IMG/VR virus record: IMGVR_UViG_3300019458_000021 | Span: 1-64,000 of that record | Reading direction: 5' to 3' (one strand) | Length of the DNA: 64,000 bases | Shown here: in pieces, positions 53,401 to 63,119 of the stretch | Position numbering within the stretch: position 1 is the first letter of the stretch | Layout of the letters: the number at the start of each line of letters is the position of its first letter | Translations under genes and position numbers: made by a program | Notes under the pieces: model-generated | What the model saw: only the letters and a program-made list of their open reading frames with translations | Told to the model about the DNA's origin: nothing | Databases searched by the model: none

Positions 53401-56265
53401 TTCAACAACACGGTGGTTTTGATTTGAAGCATATTCCTTGAGATCCGCAAATGAACGATGTGGAGAATGAGGACCAATCAAACAAGCGACGTTCTGTTGT
53501 TTACATTCCTGTTGCCATTCTGTTTTTAATGGCTCACGCTTCAGTGTAGACTTCATGTTGTTATATATTATTGCCTGTTTCTCACGCTTATCTTGTGTGA
53601 TCTTATCAATTGCAGCTTTTGACAAGTCGCTGTATTTTTGCTTGTTCGAGTGGTTTCTGTGTGCCGTATAAGCACGACTACATTCAATCGAACAGAGACC
53701 AACTTCACGATAATGAGCATGAACCTCAAATTTGTCACCACACTGACAACATTCCTTGCGAATAAATAGATTTTGGTTATTGATAATCACATCATACTTC
53801 TGATCTTTGAGGCTAATGTATGTTTTTTGTTGCTTCGGCGACAACGTAGTAAACTCTGAATCCAACCCAACCCGGTCAGCACACTTGATTGAAAGTTCAT
53901 GAACTGATCCAATAGCATCAACTCTCCAAGAACTGAATTGCGTTGGGAGGTTGTGCTCTTTGGCATATTGCTCCCATTCGTTAACAGAGAAGCGTCTACC
54001 GAGTTGTTGTGTCAACGCCGTGGCATGATCTTCAATATCATCATGAGTACATCCCAAGTATCTTGAGTTGTTTTCTCCATTAGTCAAAACCGATGGAGAA
54101 GACACACCACGATATTGCTGCCACTGTTCTTCCGTCCAGTTGGCTTTTGCCCTACGCATTGGATTGTTATCACCACGTATCATCGAGCCATGATATTCAT
54201 CATGGGCTTGTTTGGACATAATTTCCAGGTTGGCTGGATCATTATTCAAGCTATTAAAATCTCTATGGTGAACAACATGCCCCACAGGAACCTTTTGTCC
54301 TGTTGCATACTCAGCAATCAATCTATGTTCTGCTTTGGTTACTCGTCCTAAATTAACCCACATATAATCTTGTGAAGAAAAATTGCTGTTAGGATAGATA
54401 TCTTCCCATGCAGCATGAAACTTATGCATCGTCTTGATGCTATCGCCTGCCATCAAGTCTTTTGTTTGTTTGTATTCTCCGGAAGTCAGTCGCCACTTAT
54501 GGTTGTTCGTGCAGCGAGCAAATGATCCATCTTCAAACACAACTTCATACACGTCCTGATCATATCCGGTAATACGAGGATGACGCATAAGACGGATATC
54601 AACCTCACTCTGGTCGTTGTAACAGAATACGGGGACATCCTTTCCTTCCTCAGCAAGTTGTTGAATTGTCACATTATGGCGTCCATCGGCCACCGCCACC
54701 AGAGTATCGCCCGTAAGGCAAGGGTTGGTTGCGTACACTGTCTCAGCATAGCTGAGAGGAAGAAAATGATTTGCACGATCGAGGAACAGTACGCCTGGCT
54801 CGGCACGATTGTATGTGCTTTGCATGATCAAGTCCCACAACTGCATTGTCGATACTGTCGCGTAGACAACGACACCATATCCCTTCGCTCGCCAATCTTT
54901 CAAATCGCCGTGCCATTCACCTTTATAATGCGGATCTTTTGTATTGGGAAACATAAGTTGCCATGTATCCATCTGTGCTCGATCAGTAGTTAGCTCAGCT
55001 ACCAGCTTCTCGTTTGGATGGTCAAAGGTCATTTCATCCGCAAGAAGTCGATCAATCTCCATTACTCGAAGAACACGAAACATGAAATCGTCCGTACAGT
55101 TAACAGATACGTTGAATTTCGTTAGACGTCCCGGTTGTTGTTTCGCTGTGATGAATTCGATTATGTCTGGATGCCAACAGTTGTGAATAAAGACACCATT
55201 CGCCACGAAGTTATGATATTCAGGCATTGCTATATCAAAAACTTCTTGCTCAATACTCTCCTCTACGCGCACCACTTTGTGGTTTGTGATTAAACGCTTG
55301 TTTAAAGCGGCAAGACTATCACTTGCGATTAAATCTTTTGCTTTTTTATACAACCCATCGCTTAATAAAAATTCGTGGTCGGGTGTGCACTCAATATAAT
55401 CGTCGTTGTTAAATACAACCTTAACAGTTGCTCGTATGCCTTTTGACCATACCATCAATGCCTGACGAACATACACATTACCCTGACCATCAGTGCAATA
55501 CAAGTAGGGTGTTTGACCTACTAACTCTTTGATGGGAACTTTTCCAAACAACGTGTTTATTGGTGTGTTCCCGCCAAGGCAATCCAAGACACCCATCATT
55601 GCGCCCTTACGGATCTTGCCTTTTGCCTTCGTATTCACACTCTTGCGACCAGAACCAGCAGTGATTACGTCAGACACCTTATCAAAGATCTCCATGTACT
55701 TGACAGCACCGGGCGTCTCGACGCCAATACCATCAATGAAGGCACCACGCGGACGAAGGTAAGAGAAGTTTTCACCCCAACCACCTTCTGACTTAAGTGT
55801 ATGTGCCTGAGCTCGAACATGTTCGAAGATGCCGTCGAGACTGTCTGGATCGTATTTCACTCGTGGGCCAGTGAAACAATTCATCAGAGTTGTGCCGCCC
55901 CACTGAGTGCCAGCGTTTGCATAGATCCGACCACCGCACGTTCCCTTGAAGTTTGATAGCAGATTGTAGAACTTCTCGGTCCACTCGAGCCGAAGATCCA
56001 TCGTTTTTTCCATCGAAGCCGCTGCAGCCGCAACACGGAAGATTGTGTCGTTGATGGTTTCATCATTATGATCCTTATACGTACTTGCCCAAACCTCTTC
56101 AGAGAATGCATCCTCAAAAACTGTCGGGTTTTCGTTGATCAGTCGACATTTGAGGAGATAGAGGTAATCGTCTTCGGTTAGGTTATCGCGTGGAGGGGGG
56201 GTCAGGTGATGTGATTGAAAAATGCTAGCGCGTGTCGCTGTATTCTCTTGAACAGAGCTCGACAT
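50458..56265 (-). CDS. nrdJ: Class II (B12-dependent) ribonucleotide reductase with three inteins
   Basis: TLMNC, GGGWG, TNP/CGEQ, RRIGVG, QPTGNTS, KGVTTYR, C-terminal Zn ribbon. Confidence 0.93.
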   Translation of the reverse strand: MSSSVQENTATRASIFQSHHLTPPPRDNLTEDDYLYLLKCRLINENPTVFEDAFSEEVWASTYKDHNDETINDTIFRVAAAAASMEKTMDLRLEWTEKFYNLLSNFKGTCGGRIYANAGTQWGGTTLMNCFTGPRVKYDPDSLDGIFEHVRAQAHTLKSEGGWGENFSYLRPRGAFIDGIGVETPGAVKYMEIFDKVSDVITAGSGRKSVNTKAKGKIRKGAMMGVLDCLGGNTPINTLFGKVPIKELVGQTPYLYCTDGQGNVYVRQALMVWSKGIRATVKVVFNNDDYIECTPDHEFLLSDGLYKKAKDLIASDSLAALNKRLITNHKVVRVEESIEQEVFDIAMPEYHNFVANGVFIHNCWHPDIIEFITAKQQPGRLTKFNVSVNCTDDFMFRVLRVMEIDRLLADEMTFDHPNEKLVAELTTDRAQMDTWQLMFPNTKDPHYKGEWHGDLKDWRAKGYGVVVYATVSTMQLWDLIMQSTYNRAEPGVLFLDRANHFLPLSYAETVYATNPCLTGDTLVAVADGRHNVTIQQLAEEGKDVPVFCYNDQSEVDIRLMRHPRITGYDQDVYEVVFEDGSFARCTNNHKWRLTSGEYKQTKDLMAGDSIKTMHKFHAAWEDIYPNSNFSSQDYMWVNLGRVTKAEHRLIAEYATGQKVPVGHVVHHRDFNSLNNDPANLEIMSKQAHDEYHGSMIRGDNNPMRRAKANWTEEQWQQYRGVSSPSVLTNGENNSRYLGCTHDDIEDHATALTQQLGRRFSVNEWEQYAKEHNLPTQFSSWRVDAIGSVHELSIKCADRVGLDSEFTTLSPKQQKTYISLKDQKYDVIINNQNLFIRKECCQCGDKFEVHAHYREVGLCSIECSRAYTAHRNHSNKQKYSDLSKAAIDKITQDKREKQAIIYNNMKSTLKREPLKTEWQQECKQQNVACLIGPHSPHRSFADLKEYASNQNHRVVEVRYVGKQNVYNGTVDNFHNFFVCIQETQTRNGKKKWTYINNLQCGEQTLAPGGVCNLGSLNLTQFVIEDGFDLAKIAQYTGYMVRFLDNINDLTKAPLSEYEWSIQNKRRIGVGILGWGSALYMLKTKFASKNADRYRDEVMRTVAQSAYMASIDLAQEKGMFSLCDPDKHMQGVFIRSLDLPQEYWEKLNNYGIRNSSLLSIQPTGNTSIFANVVSGGLEPVFLHEYVRTVIVGTMPEYIADVTPKWFEGAWHETSMFKFTKEGDEEILRGVAPDGLVYKIDKNRGLTKEVLCEDYGVRVMKRKKQWNSNASWAATALSLNVKDHVNDLKGFARWVDSAMSKCVAEGTLISTNKGLKPVEALGIHNPSQEGFVVPCDSFTVLDENGQEKAITRHYFGGVKPCATVRFDNGFEITAAYTHKLKCATGWKSLDDIEVGDKVFYRTNAFVVERGYVSPPQPTFAANAKHRKFPQVVDEDFALLLGMWVADGSLTDHSIAICEKNEKVSALCERLMLQLFNTHHVQTDDRWGVNTHYVHSNSIARWFKQEFGHGAANKHLPQWLLDSPVSIWKAFIEGLTLDGYLKTNEYGASLVVFDGYAKDVAEKVTHMLSSMGVQYSLCTRNVGEGKTTYGVTAWLEDMDTIVPIEDHKMIYTVQGKTQKQTYISNDVFEQLIAQQPSNTYGSMVRARLRKCQQRGNFVRMSFIEKTGLKFDRHLTSVVVTDIRSAGLKNVYDIEVEDTHSYLINGIVSHNTVNVPNEYPFEQFKSIYTDAFASGYVKGVTTYRAGTMTTVLGAKDEKTATDADEEIILEDVKLPDSAPATMKTLKAEGRKWYLTVLWWDDQKLRPFGFFVHTNSYEKTVTSNDAVEVLTALACSKGIPKKHIDETLEKIAVDNNTTKVARMISLNLRHGVLIKNIVAALDRVQDVFVGTFLFQIKKYLSSFIKDGEAAEGVTCGDCGSTLVVYSEGCHKCTNCGSSKCG
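51148..52371 (-). mobile_element. Intein 3 in nrdJ with LAGLIDADG endonuclease (408 aa)
   Basis: K/CVAEGT ... GMWVADG ... GLTLDG ... VSHN/T. Confidence 0.9.
53272..54720 (-). mobile_element. Intein 2 in nrdJ with HNH endonuclease, C-terminal Gln (483 aa)
   Basis: P/CLTGDT ... HHRDFNSLNN ... NNLQ/CGEQ. Confidence 0.88.
55180..55581 (-). mobile_element. Mini-intein 1 in nrdJ (134 aa)
   Basis: D/CLGGNT ... FIHN/C; no endonuclease domain. Confidence 0.9.
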
Positions 56266-56717
56266 TTATTGTGCTCCTTGTTGTTCTTGTTAATGATGTT
56301 GTGGTCAACCGACATTTGATGCACAGGTATCTCACATCGGTTAAGGAAATCTAGTCCTACGAAACTCTTTGGATGGTCTTCGATATAATATACGTCTTTA
56401 ATCCCTGCCTGGTAGAGGAGTTTTGCACATGAAAGACACGGAGCTAGAGTACAGAACAGCGTAGCGCCTTCACCGCTTTCTGTGCTTCTAGCTAGCTTCG
56501 CAATGGCATTCGCTTCCGCGTGGGAAAGCTCCGCATGCGTCTTGCCAGTTTCATCTTCGCAACAGTTCTCCCACCCCGGAGGCATACCATTGAAGCCGAT
56601 AGAAATGATTCGATCGTTCTTGACGATCAAACAACCCACCTGTTTGTCCTTGCAGTATGATAGCTTCGCATACTCCAAAGCCGCTCTCATGTGGGCGTGA
56701 GCGTATCGTTCTTTCAT
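56202..56717 (-). CDS. dCMP deaminase
   Basis: HAEANAI and PCLSC motifs. Confidence 0.93.
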   Translation of the reverse strand: MKERYAHAHMRAALEYAKLSYCKDKQVGCLIVKNDRIISIGFNGMPPGWENCCEDETGKTHAELSHAEANAIAKLARSTESGEGATLFCTLAPCLSCAKLLYQAGIKDVYYIEDHPKSFVGLDFLNRCEIPVHQMSVDHNIINKNNKEHNKCRALFKRIQRHALAFFNHIT

Positions 56718-56905
56718 AGGTTCGTCTTATTTACAGTCCGCTTATCAAGGTTTGGTTTTATGTGCGGAAATCACATTGTTTGCTATGATAGTTGAACATA
56801 GTTCGGGTTTCAACGGTTGACATTACCTGATTAGTCATTGTACTGTTTACCTCGTAAAGGGTGCACCCGTTCGGGTGTTTCGATCAATTCTCTGAGTCCT
56901 TAATC

Positions 56906-57196
56906 ATGGCCGAATTGAACAAAGAAGCAAAAGACAAAGATATTCAACAGATCGTGCGATACCTGGTCACGACTTTCAACTCCGCAACATCGAAGATGGA
57001 ACGCCCGTTCCGAACCAGTAAAGGCATTGCAAATCAACTGTACAAGTGGCAGACTGAGTTTGCATATCGATTGAATGATGTGATGCAAAGTCCACGGGCT
57101 CTACAACAAGCAAACATCGGCCGGTGTAACGAGTTCATCGACGAGGCCGTTCAAATTTTGAACCAACTCGAAGAGTCAAAAGAAGCGAAAAAGTAA
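56906..57196 (+). CDS. Hypothetical protein
   Basis: Start moved to MAELNK. Confidence 0.65.
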   Translation: MAELNKEAKDKDIQQIVRYLVTTFNSATSKMERPFRTSKGIANQLYKWQTEFAYRLNDVMQSPRALQQANIGRCNEFIDEAVQILNQLEESKEAKK

Positions 57197-57237
57197 CCAA
57201 AAACACCCGCATAAATACCCTCTCTCGAGGGCGATTT

Positions 57238-57789
57238 ATGCGTATTGAAGATGTGCTTGGTTATGATGAGGATATTCGCCGAGCGGCGAAGATACTCACG
57301 CAACAATGCTCACAGTTTCTGAAGGAAACTTGTGGTGTTCCTCTTCTGAAGTCACTGCCACCGTATCCGGACCTGCTCCAGAAGATCAAGGTTCGTCATA
57401 AACGCGAAGACACCGTTGCTGAGGCTTTCAACAAAGCGTTCAGCACAAACATTCGTCAACGAGCGATCTTCACTTACACCAAATCACCAGTAGTTGAAGG
57501 GTGTGAACCGTCGTACATATTCCCAATCAACGGGTATAAGTACCTTTACAGCCATGAGGTTCGTAATTCTTCTGTCGACTATCAAGATGTTTTGAACACG
57601 TTATTCGAGAACCTTAATGGAGACAAGGCTGTTGAGATTGTCACCGATCTTGTCAAATACACGTATGTAAGGGAAAATCTCATCGAGGGCATTCTATCAG
57701 AGAGTGAGATCATTTTCTACGGCATTCCGTACTTCTACGCGGTTCGAGTGCGCGGCTGTCCCGATTATCGCAAACTGCTAAATACTTAA
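57238..57789 (+). CDS. Hypothetical late protein
   Basis: ORF track; CATAAATA upstream. Confidence 0.75.
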   Translation: MRIEDVLGYDEDIRRAAKILTQQCSQFLKETCGVPLLKSLPPYPDLLQKIKVRHKREDTVAEAFNKAFSTNIRQRAIFTYTKSPVVEGCEPSYIFPINGYKYLYSHEVRNSSVDYQDVLNTLFENLNGDKAVEIVTDLVKYTYVRENLIEGILSESEIIFYGIPYFYAVRVRGCPDYRKLLNT

Positions 57790-57805
57790 CGCTAAAGGAA
57801 AATCA

Positions 57806-58114
57806 ATGACAGCTGTCAACTTATTCAAACTAATCAACGGTCAAGAGGTCATCGCAAAAATCAAGTCGCAAACTGACGAGTACTTCGATGTTCAAGATGT
57901 AAGAGAAATCGCTCCTGTGCCTGTGATGGGTCCGGATGGTAAACAAGGTTTCAAATTGACCTTAGCGCCATACATCTTCGCAACGAATGCCAATGAGAAG
58001 AACATGTTCATATACAAAGGCAGCATTGCTGGACGCGTATCCGAGCTTCCTGACAATCTCGAGAAGGAATACCTTTCGTCCGTGTCAGGCATCATGCTCG
58101 CCAAGGGAATGTAA
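57806..58114 (+). CDS. Hypothetical protein (small beta-rich, T4-like)
   Basis: LFKLINGQEVIAK start motif. Confidence 0.7.
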   Translation: MTAVNLFKLINGQEVIAKIKSQTDEYFDVQDVREIAPVPVMGPDGKQGFKLTLAPYIFATNANEKNMFIYKGSIAGRVSELPDNLEKEYLSSVSGIMLAKGM

Positions 58115-59097
58115 TGAGATCAGCGCGCGGTGAAATCGTTTACCAGTGTGACACATGCAGCCGAAAAGTGCGTGTTCCACTCAACATTTACAGTTTCGAT
58201 GTTGTGCAGCGATGCATCATCACCGAGAACTGTCCCGGTAAACTTTTCCCCGTCAAAAACCTGAAAGAAATTAACGAAACCCCTGTTTTTCCTCCTGAAG
58301 TGCCAGGACTTGAAGACTGGTTTCAACGGAAGATCCTGTTCAACCACGTGCAGTCGATTGCAAATCAGGTATGGCTGATTCAACACAACCTCGGTTCGAA
58401 ACCTCTTGTTCAAGTTTTGATCGACCGTCAAATTTCCAACGACGAATTCACACAAGTTGAGCTTGCTCCAGACGAATTCGAAGTGATCACAATCGACTTA
58501 AACACAGTACAGGTCGTTCTTTTTAGAGCCGAAAGTGGTATCGCTCAGTGCATTGGTACGGCTTCATTAAACCTGATTAACCCACAAGTTATCACAACAG
58601 TTACGCTGTCTGACATACAGTTGACTGGCGATGCTGAGCTGACTATTGCAACGAGCGATCCAAGCACATTGATTTCTGTCACAATCGTCTTCAAGGGCAA
58701 CAATCCTGACACAGTTGTATCATACGTCGGTGTTGACAACGCTCCTTCGATTGACTCACCATGGGTGGGAGCGAACATAGTCCACATCGCTGGAAAGAAC
58801 TACACGGTGCGAAGCTTCAACATTCTGACCAATCTACCAGCTGCTGCATACTTCTCGAACGGATTGATCAACGATGGCTCTCAAATCTTCTTCACAGGAT
58901 TCAGTTCAGAGATCAACCAAAACTTCATTCTGTTAGGACGTCCACCGTTCAGTGCTGTTGATCGAATCACCGATCAAGTGATTGACATTGCAACAATTGA
59001 TCCAGTCGCTCCGGCCACATATTACAACCGCGGAGAGATGTTTGCTAACCCTGCTGCAATTAGGTCAATATACCCTCCTGTGATCGTCGTTGCCTAA
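58114..59097 (+). CDS. Probable virion structural protein
   Basis: Beta-rich composition; TAATG coupling. Confidence 0.6.
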   Translation: MRSARGEIVYQCDTCSRKVRVPLNIYSFDVVQRCIITENCPGKLFPVKNLKEINETPVFPPEVPGLEDWFQRKILFNHVQSIANQVWLIQHNLGSKPLVQVLIDRQISNDEFTQVELAPDEFEVITIDLNTVQVVLFRAESGIAQCIGTASLNLINPQVITTVTLSDIQLTGDAELTIATSDPSTLISVTIVFKGNNPDTVVSYVGVDNAPSIDSPWVGANIVHIAGKNYTVRSFNILTNLPAAAYFSNGLINDGSQIFFTGFSSEINQNFILLGRPPFSAVDRITDQVIDIATIDPVAPATYYNRGEMFANPAAIRSIYPPVIVVA

Positions 59098-59145
59098 ACA
59101 ACACAAAAGCCTTATACTCGGCAACAATAACAACAAGGAAGCAAC

Positions 59146-60471
59146 ATGAACGATCAAGCTGAAAAGCAACAGCTTTTGCTTGAATATTTGCTATCGTCGC
59201 CTGATGCGTATGCGATATGCAAAGCTATCATCAAGCCCGAATACTTCAATCCTGAGTTTCGCAAGACAATCCAATTCGTTGACAAGTACTATGATGAATT
59301 TAGTGGACTACCCACTCCGGCTCAAGTTTACGCGGAAACCAAACTCGGGTTGGAATGCCGTCAAGTAACTCCTCAGATGCTGAAATGGACACTCCAAGAG
59401 ACGGAAGCGTTCTGTAAACAGCGAGCAGTTATGTCAAAAGTCTATGCCGCACCCGAGCTAGCGAAACAAGGCAAGTACGAAGAGATTCTTCAAGGACTAA
59501 AAGAAGCGATTCTTCTTTCACTCACCCGCAATCTCGGTGTTGATTACTTTCACGATCCTCTCGCTCGTCTCGAGGAACTGGTTCGGCAGCCACTTCGAAC
59601 ACCAATGGGATTTACACCCCTTGACGATTTGATGAACGGAGGATTGGCCCGTAGTGAGACGATCATGTTCTGTGCTAACTCAGGCGTTGGTAAGTCAATC
59701 ACACTCGCGAATTTAGCGTACAACTTCGTTCACCGTGGCTTCAACGTTGTGTACATCTCGCTTGAATTGTCTGAGAATTTGATCTCACAACGATTCGATA
59801 TCATGTATTCCGGTATTCCAACATTCCTCGTGAACAAGGAATATCAAACGATTGCAGCAAAAATTCATGAAGTGTCAGCAGGTGTCAAACTAGGCAACTT
59901 GAAAATCAAGTACATGCCTAGTGATACCAACGCCAATGAGATTCGAGCATATTTGAAAGAGTACCAGTTACAGTACGGATTTGCCCCTGATGTGATCATC
60001 GTCGATTATCTTGACAAAATGGGTACGAATCAGAAAATGGGCTATGAAAATATCTGGCTTCGAGACAAATACGCAGCAGAACAACTTGATGATTTGGGGA
60101 AAGAATACAATGCTTTCGTCGCGACTGCTTCCCAGCTAAATAGAGGTGCGATTGAGGCAGAAGAACTCAACCAAGGGCACACGGCTGGAGGCATCAGCAA
60201 GGTGAACACGGTCGACTGGCAGTGGGCAATTGTGATGACTGGAGCAATGAAAGCCGAAGGTGTCATGATGTTCACATGTTTGAAATCTCGTAGTAGCGAC
60301 GCTGTCGGTAAAACAGTTAATATGAGATGGGATAACAAACACCTGCGGATTCTTGATCCAGAAAAAGAGGAAGAAGAGGACGTCCTGATTGCTCCGGGTA
60401 TTGCTCGGTCAACGATCAAAGGATTGCCACAGAAAAGCAAAAAGTCAATACTTGATATTATAGGAGACTAA
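59146..60471 (+). CDS. Replicative DnaB-like helicase (gp41-like)
   Basis: ANSGVGKS, SLEL, IIVDYLD, ATASQLNR. Confidence 0.93.
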   Translation: MNDQAEKQQLLLEYLLSSPDAYAICKAIIKPEYFNPEFRKTIQFVDKYYDEFSGLPTPAQVYAETKLGLECRQVTPQMLKWTLQETEAFCKQRAVMSKVYAAPELAKQGKYEEILQGLKEAILLSLTRNLGVDYFHDPLARLEELVRQPLRTPMGFTPLDDLMNGGLARSETIMFCANSGVGKSITLANLAYNFVHRGFNVVYISLELSENLISQRFDIMYSGIPTFLVNKEYQTIAAKIHEVSAGVKLGNLKIKYMPSDTNANEIRAYLKEYQLQYGFAPDVIIVDYLDKMGTNQKMGYENIWLRDKYAAEQLDDLGKEYNAFVATASQLNRGAIEAEELNQGHTAGGISKVNTVDWQWAIVMTGAMKAEGVMMFTCLKSRSSDAVGKTVNMRWDNKHLRILDPEKEEEEDVLIAPGIARSTIKGLPQKSKKSILDIIGD

Positions 60472-60473
60472 CA

Positions 60474-60767
60474 ATGCCAAAAGTACAAACAACAGAAACA
60501 CTTAACATCGACGGCCAGCTTTACGCAGCAGCAAAGATGAGCCCGAACATTCAGCAGCTGATTGCAATGTTCGACGAATGGCGCCAAAAAGAAGTTGATG
60601 CACAATCGGAACTTCTGATGGTTCGCTCTGCTCTTCGCGACCTACAACGCGAAATGTACAACACAATTGTTGCTGAACGCGATGCTGCAATGAAGGCAGC
60701 CGCAGCATTTGCGCCGGCCCCTGTGCCTGCTCCAGCAAACGAGGACAGTGATGTCGAAGGCGAATAA
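60474..60767 (+). CDS. Hypothetical coiled-coil protein
   Basis: ORF track. Confidence 0.7.
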   Translation: MPKVQTTETLNIDGQLYAAAKMSPNIQQLIAMFDEWRQKEVDAQSELLMVRSALRDLQREMYNTIVAERDAAMKAAAAFAPAPVPAPANEDSDVEGE

Positions 60768-61068
60768 GTTCGACGAAGCGGAAATCTATGACGTTCGATA
60801 TGAAAGTTTGAAGGGGGAAGTGTCTCAACGGACGATTATTCCGATCATCGTTCCCCCTACAAACATCAAAGCTCTCGATGTGTCTGAACGCACCGCTCAA
60901 GAACAGGTTCTGCTGCGCAACTTGTGGGCTGCCTATGCAGACTACCGTGACCAATTCTCCGAACAAATGTTCGATTTTGAGACATGGTTGGATCACACCG
61001 GCCAAAGGCCTGATTTTGAGCTGAAATACCGTACATTCGTTCCTGAGAATCTGCAGACCATTGAGTAA
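60751..61068 (+). CDS. Hypothetical protein
   Basis: Start moved to MSKANK. Confidence 0.7.
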   Translation: MSKANKFDEAEIYDVRYESLKGEVSQRTIIPIIVPPTNIKALDVSERTAQEQVLLRNLWAAYADYRDQFSEQMFDFETWLDHTGQRPDFELKYRTFVPENLQTIE

Positions 61069-61128
61069 ACGGCTTTTTCTCTGAGCTGGTCATAAATAAT
61101 GCACACAGTTCTAAAAGGGAAGCTACCT

Positions 61129-62154
61129 ATGGATTTGCTCAAAAAACTCGAGGAAGAAGCTGCAGGGGGCGCAGTTGGAGCAGGGGCGGTTGCCGTTTAT
61201 TCCATGCCTCTTTTCGCTATGGCCATCAAGTCGAAAAAGCCGAAGAAAAAGAAGGTCAAGAAGCGCATGGGTCTTCATGAGGCGTTCCTAAGACTTAACG
61301 AGATTGAAAATGGACACGGCGATCCTAGCATGTCTCATCCTCAATTCGACCAAACAGAAGTCATTTCAAAACTCAAAGCACTTGAGAAAAAGGACAAGAT
61401 CGATAAGGGTTCCGCTACAACATTCGGACTCGAAGACGACAAGGGTAACCTTGTCCGTGTCACCGTTCAAGCTGATCAGGCAGATGAGTTCGAAAATGCG
61501 CTCAGTGCATTTCTTGCAAGTGAAGAAGAGCACGACGAACGTGTTCCAGAAGTTGCTGAAGTGTTGTTTCGTCTCCGTGACCGGTTCAACATTCTCGACG
61601 TAACGTGGCCAGAAGTTGAAGAGGATCAGGAAGAAGGACAGCAAGTTGCAGGTCAGGAAGGACAAGCAGGCCAGGAAGATCCAAATGCTCAGCCAGGCCA
61701 AGACGTTAGCGCTGACCTTGGTGCAGATGCAGGAATGGAAGCCCCAGCTGGAACTGATGACGTTCAGTCACTGCTCACTCAGGTAATTGACATGATGCGT
61801 GCAGACGCAGACGCTCGTAAAGCAGAAGCCGTTGCGCGCCAAAAGGAAGCTGAAGCAAAGGGCCACGTAGCGAGCGTTCATGGCGCCACAGCACGCGTCA
61901 AGCAAGAAGAACAGCTTCTTGACATGGAAGACTACTTCAAGAAAAAGCAAGAAGAAAAAAAAGAATCAAAGACACTGGCAAAGTTGGCACAGTGGAAGCG
62001 TGAAACAGCTGGCGAGCAAAACGCTATTCCTGATGAAGGTGCGGATCTGGGAGCAAAACAAGAAGAGGAAGAACTTGGTCGTAAGAACCTTCGCTTCCGT
62101 AGTCGAGTTCCGGCCTCTCACTTGGCAAACTTCATCCTCAAAAGGATCAAGTAA
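61129..62154 (+). CDS. Acidic late protein, probably structural
   Basis: CATAAATA upstream; E/Q-rich; start MDLLKK. Confidence 0.7.
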   Translation: MDLLKKLEEEAAGGAVGAGAVAVYSMPLFAMAIKSKKPKKKKVKKRMGLHEAFLRLNEIENGHGDPSMSHPQFDQTEVISKLKALEKKDKIDKGSATTFGLEDDKGNLVRVTVQADQADEFENALSAFLASEEEHDERVPEVAEVLFRLRDRFNILDVTWPEVEEDQEEGQQVAGQEGQAGQEDPNAQPGQDVSADLGADAGMEAPAGTDDVQSLLTQVIDMMRADADARKAEAVARQKEAEAKGHVASVHGATARVKQEEQLLDMEDYFKKKQEEKKESKTLAKLAQWKRETAGEQNAIPDEGADLGAKQEEEELGRKNLRFRSRVPASHLANFILKRIK

Positions 62155-62450
62155 TGGATTCATTCAAGCAGTATCTTGACCAACTGAATGAGTTGGCAGC
62201 ATCAGCAGCAGCCGCAAAAGCCGCTGAAATCGACACAATGATTGCTGCCATCGACAACAAGATTCAACAGTTGACCAATCCGCTTAATAAGCAGAAGATG
62301 GGCCTTCAACGTCAAAAACAAGTGCTCCTCCCTCAAATCGAGAAAGAACGACAAGAGGCAGAACAACAACAGGGCCAACCGATGAAGCCATCAAGCAATG
62401 CAACGACTACCCCTGGCAGTTCCGGAGCTCAAACTCCTGGACAGAGCTAA
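62154..62450 (+). CDS. Hypothetical coiled-coil protein
   Basis: TAATG coupling. Confidence 0.7.
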   Translation: MDSFKQYLDQLNELAASAAAAKAAEIDTMIAAIDNKIQQLTNPLNKQKMGLQRQKQVLLPQIEKERQEAEQQQGQPMKPSSNATTTPGSSGAQTPGQS

Positions 62451-63109
62451 TGTTCATTCACAAATCCGTAACACCCACTGAAACCAAAGTTCAAAATACA
62501 CCAAAGGGTCGCTTTTACACGACGCCATCCGGCAAAATCTATCCTTCGATCACCAATCTACTTGGGGTGAAAGAAAGGCCATGGCTGATCGATTGGCGAA
62601 CTTCTCTTGGTGAAATTGCTGCTGATAAGGAAACAAAGCGAGCTGCTGATAGAGGAACTGCTGTCCATTTGATGGCGGAACGTCTGCTTAATAATCACCC
62701 AAATCCAACCGAGGGACAAACAGCAACTGACGCTGCAGAATTTAACTCACTGCGATTGTTGTTAAAAAAGGTAAACAACATCTATGCTCAAGAGCTACCA
62801 TTGTACAGTGATACGTTGAAGATCGCAGGTCGTGTTGACTGTGTTGCAGAATGGGAAGGACGTCTTGCAGTTGTTGATGTCAAAACGTCGACAAACGACA
62901 AGTACACACAAATGATTGAGGACTACTACCTTCAAACAACGGCGTATGCCTTGATGTTTGAGGAGCTATACAACATCCAAATCGACGATGTTGTCATTGT
63001 TATGTCGGTCGAAAAGGGAATTGTACCACTCGTTTTCAAAGCGCAGGTTGAGGCGTGGATTTGCCCACTGATCGAGCGTATAAATACGTACTATTCCAGC
63101 AGAAAATAG
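62450..63109 (+). CDS. PD-(D/E)XK (Cas4-like) exonuclease
   Basis: YPSIT, RGTAVH, AGRVD, VDVKTS, QTTAYA. Confidence 0.9.
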   Translation: MFIHKSVTPTETKVQNTPKGRFYTTPSGKIYPSITNLLGVKERPWLIDWRTSLGEIAADKETKRAADRGTAVHLMAERLLNNHPNPTEGQTATDAAEFNSLRLLLKKVNNIYAQELPLYSDTLKIAGRVDCVAEWEGRLAVVDVKTSTNDKYTQMIEDYYLQTTAYALMFEELYNIQIDDVVIVMSVEKGIVPLVFKAQVEAWICPLIERINTYYSSRK

Positions 63110-63119
63110 GGGCACACCC

